Source: Chara braunii | Lineage: Eukaryota; Plantae; Charophyceae | NCBI GenBank assembly: GCA_003427395.1 | Contig: BFEA01000021.1 | Location: forward strand, 2,900,073-2,964,072 | DNA: 64,000 nucleotides | Direction of reading: 5' to 3' | Position numbers and translations under genes: made by a program | Notes under the pieces: model-generated | The model's database searches: none | The model's input: only the letters and a program-made list of their open reading frames with translations | Told to the model about the DNA's origin: nothing | Shown here: piece by piece, positions 25,250 through 37,358 of the stretch | Position numbering within the stretch: the first letter of the stretch is position 1 | How the letters are laid out: every line of letters begins with the position of its first letter

Positions 25250-25630
25250 CCTTGATGCTCCGATATCCGTCCGATAAGGAAGCCTAACTCTACCTAATTT
25301 GCCACACAGACAAAGGCGGCAGTCTTCACCCTACCAGGTGAACACCCGTACGTCATCGCTTTTTGATGCTCACGAGATAAGATAAGAACGCCTAGCTCTA
25401 CCTAATTAACCCCAGAGAAGGGCGTCAGCGTACACCCTACCAGATGAACACCCTGCCTAGCTCTACCTAATTAACCCCAGAGAAGGGCGTCAGCGTACAC
25501 CCTACCAGGTGAACACCCGTACGTCAGCGATTGATGCTCCGGAAATCAATCAGGTAAGGAGATCCAACTCTACCTAATTCACCTCAGAGACGGACGGTAG
25601 TATACACCCTACCAGGTGAACACCCCTAGG
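25250..25630. repeat. Modular tandem repeat x4 in the eRF1 intron
   Basis: Conserved blocks ttgatgctc, ctctacctaatt and caccctaccaggtgaacaccc are separated by variable linkers. Confidence 0.85.
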
Positions 25631-26349
25631 CAGAGTCCAGTCCCTGATCAAGAGACGTTACTTCTCCAAATCGTCCGGCACAATACGGTTGTCACAGTCA
25701 GAGATGAGATATTCTGATTACTCCTTACACAGACGTAAGTCCATTCTGAGACTTGCGCTCATCAAAACAAATATAAGAGGTAGTACAAACATTCGACCGT
25801 CTGGCGACTACAAACGCAGGATAGACAAGCAACGAAGCAAATATAAATCACGACACACTCCATACGTGAACGGCGCACATCCGGAGGCAGAACGCCTTAA
25901 GAGGAGAAAAGGATACCGTTGATACAGCAGTACAACGCCGACAGTAACACTGCCAATACGTTGACCTCTCAAAAACGCATTCATTCCGAACAAAACAAAA
26001 AAAAAACGCATTCATTATTACTATTCGAATAAGGGAAGCAATGAACAACCGAATATGCTCCACGTGTCCTCGTCCTAGAACCCGCACAGTTCGCCACGCA
26101 TTTCAACTGGCCGCTCTCCAGTCTCACCAGGGAGCTCACCGATCACCAAGCCTTCGCAGGTAACCACACGTACCTTGTCAACTTAGGAGGCGATGAGCGG
26201 AACACGGAACGCGAACGTATTCACGTGCAGACCAGATAGGAAGATCAACAAAGAAAAGAGTGCGGGATTCTATACACGAAGCGAAGAGGGAGAAAAAGAC
26301 TACGGGACTCAATACACGAAGCGAAAAACAGAAAAAACGGGAGAGGTCA

Positions 26350-26770
26350 GAGACGGAGAGCAACAAAGAAACTCACGAAGCGCGAGAACAGAGGAAAGGG
26401 AGAAGTACAGGGAGAGAAAACGTGTAGAGTCAAAATTTTGGGCGCACGAGAGAAATTAGAGAGCGCGAGAAGGCTGCAAGATGAGAGACGAAGAGCAACA
26501 AAGAAACTCACGAAGCGCGTGAACACAGGAAAAGAAAAATACAGGAAGAAAACGTGTGGGGTCTACATTTTGGGCGCGCGAGAGTTAGAATAGACAGCGC
26601 GAAAAAAGAAAAAGAAAAAAAAGAAAAAAAACAGACAGCGCGAGAAGACTGCAATGCAAGAGACGGAGACGAACAAAGAAACTCACGAAGCGCGAGAGCA
26701 CAGGAAAGAGAGAAGTAAAGCAAGGAAAAACATGTGGAGTAAAAATTTCGGCCGCGCGAGAAGGCTGCAA
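26350..26770. repeat. ~130-170-bp degenerate tandem repeat x3 in the eRF1 intron
   Basis: aacaaagaaactcacgaagcgcg...cgtgt..agt..aatttt.ggcgcgcgag...gcgagaaggctgcaa is repeated. Confidence 0.8.
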
Positions 26771-27366
26771 ACGAACACCGAGGAGGGCAAAGAGAAACAG
26801 GAGGGAATAAAGAAATCCAATCCAGAGGACAAAACCAAACACGGCTCACGACGAGGTACAGAAAGGGGTATAAAGACAATCACAAGGTGGAGAACATGGC
26901 AGCGAGACACGGCTATACGTTACGGAAAAGAACATCAAGGACGACAAACGACAAGATGAACGATAGGTATGTACAACACTCCCAATAATAGAGGGCTAAC
27001 GAGAGGATGATCAACAAGAACAGTAGAAACGAGGTACCGAGGTAAAGAAAAAGAGATCAAGGAGAGCGTATGGGAGCGAAGCGATCAGGAAGGCGTAAGC
27101 AACAAGAGTGCGCGACTTGGAGAATCCACGTCAAAGCGAACCCAATTTTTCGTGTGGATCACGCTCCCATACATAACCGACAAACAGAAAATAATAAAGC
27201 ACCACTAACCACGCAAGAGACGAAACGCATCATGGCGCTACCGAAAGCATCGCACATAGCGGCCACGCCCAACGCCAACTAAGAGCGTTAGCAGAAAACG
27301 CTTCCAAAGAGTAAGAGACCTACAACACCGCAATAAGCACAAATAGCAAACCCAACATGATACCAT

Positions 27367-27443
<77 letters not shown>

Positions 27444-27596
27444 CTAACTCTGGTTGCGGTTCACCGGGCAATTCCATAGAACATTATGTATGTGTCAGTG
27501 CGTGCATGGGGAACAAGGAAATCCAAAACTAGGGTGTTCCAATCTTGCCATCTCTCCCTCTACTGCGAAGATGCAAAGGCAAACTTGATCAAATCA

Positions 27597-27684
<88 letters not shown>

Positions 27685-27685
27685 N

Positions 27686-27744
<59 letters not shown>

Positions 27745-27783
27745 GCGCGCGCATGAGTGCTCAGGCTTTTGCTGTGTAGCTCC

Positions 27784-27825
<42 letters not shown>

Positions 27826-27952
27826 TCTCTCACTCACACACATACACACACATACACAGACACGTGCGCGCGATAGCACTTTTGCTCTGTTCGCGCAAGA
27901 ACGCGTGTCCTGGAGAGGTTTAAGGCTGCTTTCTGAGACTCCTTATACTGAC

Positions 27953-28618
27953 CTGACTCGTCGCTTGGTTGATGAAGAACTGAGTAGCGAGCTCCGCCGT
28001 TTTGCGGACGTAGTTGTGTCTCTTTTCCATTCTCAAACGGGCGAAACGCAGCGCTGATTGCCCTCCTCTTCCGTGCTTCTTCGGCAGCTCGACATTGAAT
28101 TTGTGGAGCACTTCCCTTGTGTTCCCGCTCAACGTGCCGAAAAGTGCGCCATTACCATCCATCACAATGAACCCAAACTTGTCATCGGACTCCAACAACT
28201 CGTTCAGCGCTTCCGTGTGAAACTTATTGTCACACAGATAAAGAGACGCGTTGATGGGTTTGAAAGGTTCAAAATCGATGGTGACCTTCTTCTCCTTCCC
28301 GTCGTCCGTCACAATCGTTCCAGTGTATATAACCAACCCGTTCGGCGGTACCTTATTGTACAGCTTAAGCCGTTGTTGCGCCGACGTAATTGCACCCAGG
28401 ACAGACTGCCTATTAACTCTGTTCTTGATGTTCGACGCCGTGCCAAATTCGTCACCCAACATCTTCGCTACTCGTACAATCTGGTCACGGGGCGGCATGA
28501 TCAAGGAAATCATGCTCGTCCCGTTGCCACGGGCCGATTCCAACCCTTTTATCAACTTCTTGATCTTCCATATCTGAATGTTCTTGTCGCTCTCCTCCTT
28601 CCCGTCGTGCTTATCCAT
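27953..28618 (-). CDS. eRF1: Eukaryotic peptide chain release factor 1, coding exon 1 (222 aa)
   Basis: [24 protein letters not shown]...GNGTSMISL (GTS)...[15 protein letters not shown]...YLCDNKF (YxCxxxF)...[11 protein letters not shown] (GGQ)...[12 protein letters not shown]. Ends at the phase-0 donor CAG|GTCAGT (GT at 27952-27951). Confidence 0.97.
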
Positions 28619-29269
28619 CTTCTCTACCTACCGGCTTCTCCCTCCCTCCCCTTCTGTTCGATCAGAAGACCGTCAATCAAGCTGCAAGTCAATCCTCCAA
28701 TCACCCGAACCAAGGAAGCAAGCAAAGAATCGTCAATGTGAATCAGCCAACGACCTCACAACCACCTCAGCCTCTCTGCTACTACGCTCCTGCGAGGCGC
28801 CGCAGTCGTCCTCGACACACCGTGAGCGCGCCCTGGACGTCCCGCGCCTCCACAAGAGAACGGTAATGGCGGCCTGGGCGAAAAGACAATGAAAACGCCG
28901 ACGGCGGCGCAGGTTAACCGAGAAGACAAGTCTCCCTCGAACTCCAATGGCCCGACAAATGGCCCTGATAAACGCCTAAGAATGCTGCTCCTTCCCTCCA
29001 GCTTGCGTCGCCGAACAGCTTCGGCTTGCGAAATCTGACGGTCCATATCCGTCCGTGCAAACCCCAATTGGCCATAACAGGCGTCGGATCGCCAACAAGC
29101 CATAGGGATCAGGCCGACTACCGGTAATGCCATGGCGTCCTAACCCTGCGTCAGCGCAGGCTGTGTTCCTCTTTTTTCCTGTGTTCCCCAAAAACAAACT
29201 CCAGGCTGTGTTCGTTCCACAAGACTTGAAACTCAAGTGCCACATTCTAGCCCCACATGCAAAACAGCA

Positions 29270-29501
29270 TGAGCATTGACTTACCGTGAGGGCACGGATG
29301 CGCAGCCTGGAGTTTGTTTTTGTTGATGTGGTTCAAAAGGGTAAGGTAGCGATTATGCTGTATGTATGTTTTGTCATGTTCGCTATACACAAAGCGAAAG
29401 AGTGTGTGTGGGGTCCCGGTTGGTGCTTTTGGTTGGTGCTTCATTCACAATGTTCATGGGACGCTGGACCCAGTTTCCAGCAGCTGGCGCTCCACAGAGA
29501 A

Positions 29502-29538
<37 letters not shown>

Positions 29539-29817
29539 CCTGCAGCATGTCAGTGGCGGGGAGCACAAGGGCAAGCGCTGACCTCCAGCAAAAAAAGAAG
29601 TAATTTTATTGGAATACAAGAGTTTCTTCTTTTCAAAATCCAGATAGAAAGGGTACACATTCTATTTGAATACAACGTGTACGTGGTCTATTCAAGGTGC
29701 TCTGCTATTCGAGAAAAGTGTACGTGTTCAATTTTTGAAATGTTCGCAGCCTGTCAGGGCAGACGCACGGGTGCGCAGCCCGTAGTTTGTTTGTTGATGT
29801 TGTTGTGCACGTGTGTG

Positions 29818-29905
<88 letters not shown>

Positions 29906-29922
29906 NNNNNNNNNNNNNNNNN

Positions 29923-29964
<42 letters not shown>

Positions 29965-31475
29965 TCAGGCGCGGCGCCATTTTGTCAAAACGCCTCGATC
30001 GATAAGGCACCACGCTCCCCAAGCACACAGGGAGACTATCACTTCGTGAACGCAGAGGGAACGGGAGCGGCCGCCGCTGCTTTTGGCCTGTTTCTATTTC
30101 GACCACAACAGGCTTCGAATTCAAACCACCACTCTACCCGACGTTGGAAATTCGGGGGACCGGTAGCACAGGTCCATGAGGGCTACCAGTAGCACAGAGT
30201 GGAGAACCGGCACAGTGGTGAATATGAAAAATGGGATGAATTTGCGCGATAAGCTATTTCGCGGTTGAGACAATTTTTTTTATTTTTTTAAACATTTTTC
30301 CTGAAAAGATCATGACCAAATCTACGGACCCTCAAATTCTCAGACTTTTTTGCGAGTTCTTATGAGCGTGAAAATTTTTTGAAATAGGGGTACTTTTCCC
30401 GTTGGCCCACAAGTTGTCGTGTGCCAAAAATGGAAAAAGTGACGAATTGGCGCGGCATTTATTTCATGATCTAAACGATTTTATTTTATTTTGTTGATAT
30501 TTTTCCTGGAAAGATCACGACCTGGCCTACCCGATATCAAATTTTCAGATCTTTTCTCCAATTATTCTGTGTAGGAAAAATCGTCAAAGTTGGCGCTCGA
30601 AAATTGTAAGATTGGACCCGCCTGCGCCTTCCGGTCGGCGCCGCCCCTAAAAACCCGCCCTAACTCAGCGGAATGCCAATTTTCAGGACCCGGCCTCCCC
30701 GACCTCCTGCGGGCAGCTACCGGTCCTCCAACGGCGAAAACTTTTCAGGATCCGGCCCCCTCGCCCTCCTGCGGGCAGCTACCGGTCCTCCAACAGCGAA
30801 AACTGCCTATTTCCCACAAATTGGACCCCCAGCAAATACACCACCCTTCATACTACCGCACCCTTTGGTGACGACGACGAAATGTCTCAGGGGTTAAAAC
30901 GCAACCCTGACGGGTTGCGAACAATGTTTTTTTTTATTTTATTATTTTTTTATTTTTTTTAATGAAAAAACTGCCCGTTTGGGAGCTAGGGGTGATGGTA
31001 TGAGCAGACGCCTCTATCTCCCATGGGGAATGTACTCAGGGAACAACATACGTATGAGACCTGTAGAGATATGACTACATCTAGCGCCCCGAGTACCCGT
31101 GCGGCAAGGCTCGTACGACTATGCTTTGGTCAAGATTGGGTAGAGTTAAGAAGGGCTCTGCGTAGTCCCGGTACAGTGGCAGTTTCTTTGGAAATAGTGG
31201 ACCGGTAGCTGCTCGTGGGACCACGCAGGGTTGGCGCAGGCCGCGGTCCTTAAGCTGCGAGTTTCAAAAAGGAAAGAGCGAGGGGGCTGGGGCGGAAAGT
31301 CCGAAACGACGCCGTGGGGGCCGCAAGTCCTTAAAATTCCAATATGAAACGGTGTGGACCCAGGCCTACAGCCTCATGCCCAGCCCACCCACTTCGGCCC
31401 AATCGGCCTAGGCACTGTTCTGGATGATTTGTCTGAATCTAGAAGCAGTTCTGAGTCAGATTCAGAAACATAGAT

Positions 31476-31535
<60 letters not shown>

Positions 31536-32268
31536 NNNNNNNNNNNNNNNNNNNNNNNNNNNNNNNNNNNNNNNNNNNNNNNNNNNNNNNNNNNNNNNNN
31601 NNNNNNNNNNNNNNNNNNNNNNNNNNNNNNNNNNNNNNNNNNNNNNNNNNNNNNNNNNNNNNNNNNNNNNNNNNNNNNNNNNNNNNNNNNNNNNNNNNNN
31701 NNNNNNNNNNNNNNNNNNNNNNNNNNNNNNNNNNNNNNNNNNNNNNNNNNNNNNNNNNNNNNNNNNNNNNNNNNNNNNNNNNNNNNNNNNNNNNNNNNNN
31801 NNNNNNNNNNNNNNNNNNNNNNNNNNNNNNNNNNNNNNNNNNNNNNNNNNNNNNNNNNNNNNNNNNNNNNNNNNNNNNNNNNNNNNNNNNNNNNNNNNNN
31901 NNNNNNNNNNNNNNNNNNNNNNNNNNNNNNNNNNNNNNNNNNNNNNNNNNNNNNNNNNNNNNNNNNNNNNNNNNNNNNNNNNNNNNNNNNNNNNNNNNNN
32001 NNNNNNNNNNNNNNNNNNNNNNNNNNNNNNNNNNNNNNNNNNNNNNNNNNNNNNNNNNNNNNNNNNNNNNNNNNNNNNNNNNNNNNNNNNNNNNNNNNNN
32101 NNNNNNNNNNNNNNNNNNNNNNNNNNNNNNNNNNNNNNNNNNNNNNNNNNNNNNNNNNNNNNNNNNNNNNNNNNNNNNNNNNNNNNNNNNNNNNNNNNNN
32201 NNNNNNNNNNNNNNNNNNNNNNNNNNNNNNNNNNNNNNNNNNNNNNNNNNNNNNNNNNNNNNNNNNNN

Positions 32269-32316
<48 letters not shown>

Positions 32317-32560
32317 CACACACATTCTCCTATCTATTGATGGGGAGCGCCACCTGCTGGACACTGGGTCCAGCGTCCCATGAACATCGTGAATAAAGCA
32401 CCAACCAGGACCCCACACACACTCTCTTCGATTTGTGTATAGTGAACATGACAAAACATACATACATCATAATCACTACCTTACCCTTCATGAACCACAT
32501 CAACAAACGAACTACGGGTTGCGCACCCGTGCCCTTACGGTAAGTCAATTTAAAGCTCAA
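29270..32560. repeat. Inverted pair of a ~260-bp repeat upstream of eRF1
   Basis: 29270-29520 is the reverse complement of 32317-32560. Partial copies occur at about 29760, 32675 and 57262. Confidence 0.8.
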
Positions 32561-33699
32561 GGACCGCGGCCTCCTCGACCTCCTACGGGCAGCTACCGGT
32601 CCTACGCGGTCCTAGCCCTTGCAAGGCCCCAAAACCTCAAAATGCCCACCCTCCCCAACGACCACCGACGTTGAAATTGACTTACCGTGTGGATACGAGT
32701 ATGCAGCCCGTAGCTTGTATATGCTTGATTGATAAAGGAGGTGTTACTGGTAAGGTTTAGAAGTATGCACTTGCAAATGCAATGCAGGTGTGTCATTTCG
32801 ACCTGCGGCCAAGGCCACGCCCTTTCCGATTCAGACTTTTTCACTTTTCCACCCTGTCTCTGCTTTGCCACCGTTTCGACCAAAACCCAACGAGCGGTCC
32901 CACGTGCAGTTACCGGTCCCGCATTTTTCAAAGAAACTACCACCACCCCCTAAACTTTCACCTTGTCGCTGCCTTGCCACTGTTTGGATCAAAACCCAGC
33001 ACGTGGTCCCACGGGCAGCTACCGGTCCCGCATTTAAAAAAAAACTGCCACCACCCCCCAAAGTGTCGTGCCTGCACCTGCCTGCATTTTTCAAATCTTC
33101 CAATGACCAAACGAGCCCGAATCAACGACCGGTATAACGAAGGACGATGCAAATGTCTCAAGGGGGAAAATGTCTTTGGGGGGGGAAACGCACCATTGAC
33201 GGACTGCGAATTTGAGTGACATTGAAATGTTATAGGGGAAAATGTTTTCACCGAACCTGAATTTCACTGCGCTTCGAGTTTTGTCGAGTCTGGGTCTCTT
33301 TGTATTTTCTTGCCTGGTACTCTCAAGGAAACTGACTTCATCACAACGGTTGCATCTAAAAAAGAAAAAGAAAAAAAGAAAAAAAACTTTTCGACGGAGT
33401 CGGATACATCCCCATGGGTACTTGTGTGAGTTTGTCCTCACTAATCGCTAAGGGCATTATACCGGCACAGTCACCTCGACGAAAGAAGGGGAAAACAAAA
33501 ATTGAAACTGCGTTTTGGGTGGGAAGGCGGGACAGATCCAAGGCCTCGCCACACTACTCCCATCTTGGACATTTTCGGGAGTGAAGCGTCATCACACAAG
33601 CTCCCGAGTTCAACCTGTCAGATTGAATTCGGGAGCTGTCAGAATGTGGTTCCCGAGAGCACTTTCAAAATCGTTTGAGCCTCCCGCCTGTAGAAAGCC

Positions 33700-36600
33700 A
33701 TGTGTTAAAAAGAATCAGTGTCGTGCATATCTGGGTTTTGCATCTCTTGTTTCAAATATGGTTTTCATGAGAGCCCTCGAGGTGTGTGTTGTCGTATTCG
33801 CTGTACACTTCAAGTAAGCATTGATTGTGCCACACTACTTCGTTGGGTTCATCGGGATGGTTGAAGATAGATGAAGACATAACTGCGTCACCTCTGGTCG
33901 ACGGTATCTTTGAGAAGAATTGTTGACTTACATCAACCGTGCGATCTTGGCAGACTGACAATCCAAACCTCTAATGGGAAGGACAATAAGCCTAAAGAAC
34001 TGAGTTGTTGTGGTCATAGAAGCCATTGTGAGTATACTATCTGTGTTTATACGGACACGCCGCTTAACGGAAACAACTTCCATAAAAGGTCGCTTTACCA
34101 GTTTTCTATGAATCAGGGAAGTATTGGAAACTCATGTATGAGTTGTCCGAGTACTTGTTTGATATCGAACTCAGACTAGTTAACTCAGAGGAAAGGGGGA
34201 GTGCGGGAGATCGAGCAATAGTAGGATACTCATGTATGAGTAACCCTGCTATTTGCCTAAATATGACTAATGATTTAATTAATTACTAACAAACTGTTCA
34301 TCCAATGGGGATTTATGTACTAACATCCCTTGTTATTAACGTCTCAGAAAGGTTCAGTCTTTGCACTTATTCGAGGTGTAGTAGGGGGCTCCTGTGAGGG
34401 TCATCGTATTCATGCGTGCATACAAATTTTTATGAGACGTTAATAAGAAGGGAAGTTAGTACAGAAATCCCCCATGCTCTTGGTTTAGTATTGGATGAAC
34501 AGTTTGTTAGTAATTAATTAAATTATTAATCATATTTAGGCAAATAGCAGGGTTACTCATACATGAGTATCCTACTATTGCTCGATCTCCCACACTCCCC
34601 TTTTCCTCTGAGTTGACTAGTCTGAGTTCGATATCAAACAAGTATTAGGACGACTCACACATGAGTTTCCTAAACTTCCCTGATTCATAGAAAACCGGTA
34701 AAGCGACCTTTTATCGAAGTTGTTTCCGTTAAGCGGGGTGATAACTCTCACAAGAGTCTTCACTTTTCTTGTCGTACATCTTTGCTTAGTCATCGTCAGG
34801 CTGTTAGTCCATACGGGCGGCGAAATAGATTAAACATAACTATCCCCCCACCTTTCAGCCTCAAGCAAGTCCTTACTTAATTAAGGTGATCGAATAACAT
34901 GCACAAGAGTATTTTGCCACCTTCTAATCACGTAAATCGTCCCAGTCTCAGAAGGCAAGCGTCACACCCACACATAGGTATTCTATCGCCTTTGACAACT
35001 GGTCCGATGGGTTAATTGTGCGGCCCGCACAAGAGTCTCCCTTAGTTGTTTCTAAATGTTAATAATCACTCCCTTCACGACGATAATTAATCTGACAGAT
35101 AGTAAGGTAGCTCACACATGAGTATCTCATTATAAACCTTTAGTTGAGTCAGTGCATACACAAGTAGCATGACGGCTCACATATGAGCCTTCATCGCACA
35201 CTTTGTTCTCCCAGTCTAAACAATCTAGGTTCCTTCTCGATTACTTTAAGTTTCTTCCTTTCTTCAGGCAGAATTTTTATTTCAATCATATAACCTTTTT
35301 ATTTTTTATACGCTTAGTCCTGAAGAAAAAACGAACAGTATGTCATACAATCATGCACGCAGTTCAATAGATGGTTGTGGTTTCTAAGGGTACACCAGAA
35401 AGGGATAGGTCACGCGTACCTTATGGTTCCCTGCCTCCAGAGTTCCTCATAAACTCCGGCAGAACTCCTGCAATCGCCCTGTTTATTGATCATGTATAGT
35501 TATTGCATTTGACTGTCCATAATTTAAAGTTGGCAAGGCCAGGATTATCTAAGTGGAAAGATACTATCAAACAAAATATACTCAACTGGATAAGTATTTG
35601 GATGGATCGTCAAGAATAAGGATGGAGGAGAATAGAGGAGGTAGGCACCATCACACAGTGTCAATGTCTCTCTCCTCTCCAACGCCCCTCATCCTCTTCA
35701 TATCTGGCCTATGATGCTCAATAATAGCAATAGCAAAATAATAACAAAAATAATAAATAATAATAATAATAATAACAAAAAAAATAGGGATAGTATCTTG
35801 TCAATGTTTTCGAATGACTGAAAAGAAGGCAAACACCTTATATTGATGTTCTTCTTATGATAAAACCCTCTCCCCGTCGCTTTCTTCTTTCATCCCCTCT
35901 TAACCTTCCCTTTTCCACTCTTCCTACTCCTTTTCCTTTTATAGTATTCCTTTTTTTTTTTTTAAATCCGCATGCGTCCCTTTGGTTTTCGCCACACTGC
36001 CCTGGGCGCATCAACTCGCTCGTTATTCCGCATGCATGTTTCACAGACCATGTGTGAGTGATTGCTGCCCTGCCTCCCTGCAAGGCAGTGTGGGCACATG
36101 CTCGCTGATCTTGGTGTCAGCCGTTTATTGCTTAGCACCCCACTGTCTGACTACGACCCACACCACTCATTATCTGCGCGTGCTTCGGCGTCTGCGCCCA
36201 GACCAATGTTTGTAGACGAGGGTTTGGTACCTTTCCTGAGTTTTCGCAGTTTGTGCTTAGGAATCACAAATTCTAAATTTGCGAGACATGACTTTTAATT
36301 TTGGTTTGTGACTTCTGCCTCTGGGATGTTGCTGTTCATCGGATGTTTGCTGGGCTTGACTTCCCAAGGCGCCCGACTGTGACTTTTTTTAGTTGGACCG
36401 ACTTTGTCTTTCTTGGCCTAGGCCCCTTGACCCTGAAGTTCAAATTTGAGGTCTAAGTCGTGGAAGTTTTTTCAAATAATAATAATAAGAAGAAGAATAA
36501 GAATAAAAATAAAAATAAAAATAAAAATAAAAATAAAAATAAAAATAAAAATATTAATAATAATAATAATCATAATAATAGTAAATGCACAGGAGAGTAA

Positions 36601-37358
36601 TGCACTGATATCCCAACAATAGAGAACCAAAGCACCGGACATGAATTTCAGAGTGAGTATACTTTCGCTACCACCGGCATACGTAATCAGAGTCCTTCCT
36701 CCTACTTGGCACTCAACACCTATACTATTTTCACGCAGCTACTACCAACTTACTAACAGGCAATACAACTGCCTTACGTCAACAGCAAAACCGAAGTACA
36801 TGGAAATATCAATCTCGGTAACCTCTTGCCAAAGTCAGGTAAGTCTCCTCACATTATTACCCTAATTTATTCTCTTTGTCTCTCTCTCTCACACCCACTT
36901 ATATATACAGACAAAGGCAGGTTGACACATATACATACGTGCATACACTCTCCGTATAGACACAGATAGTATACTCTATACACCAATTCCCGCGTATACA
37001 CACAGTGGCTTTTATGACCACAACAACTCAGTTCTTCAGGCTTATTGTCCTTCCTATTAGAGGTTTGGATTGCCAGTCTCCTAAGATCGCACGGTTGATG
37101 TAAAGTCGACCATTCTTCTCAAAGATATCGTCGACCAGAGGTGATGCGGTTACGTTCTTATCCATCAATCAAATGCATGCATGTAGACTGTCTGGTTCAA
37201 CCACCTTGATGGCCCCAACAAAGTAGGTGGCACAGTCAATGCTTACTTGAAGTGTACAGCGAATATGACAACACACACCTCGGCGGCTCTTATGAAAACC
37301 ACATTTGAAACCAGAGATGCAAAACCAAGATATGCACGACACTGATTCTTTTTACACA
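33700..37358. repeat. Outer long inverted repeat (~350-bp arms)
   Basis: 33700-34057 is the reverse complement of about 36950-37358, with indels. Confidence 0.8.
34054..34740. repeat. Foldback: ~290-bp inverted arms with ~85-bp spacer
   Basis: 34054-34346 is the reverse complement of 34433-34740 at high identity. Confidence 0.9.

Noticed and set aside
25250-25630. CRISPR-like array (also 19545-20001 and 44507-44675)
   Set aside because: The 'spacers' are related to each other or absent, the context is eukaryotic, and there are no cas genes.
28058-28741. Plus-strand ORFs overlapping eRF1 exons
   Set aside because: They are antisense shadows of a GC-rich coding sequence.
28756-29133. 125-aa upstream ORF as a regulatory uORF of eRF1
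   Set aside because: The TSS is unknown, the region is GC-rich and no conserved peptide is recognisable, so it is unsupported.
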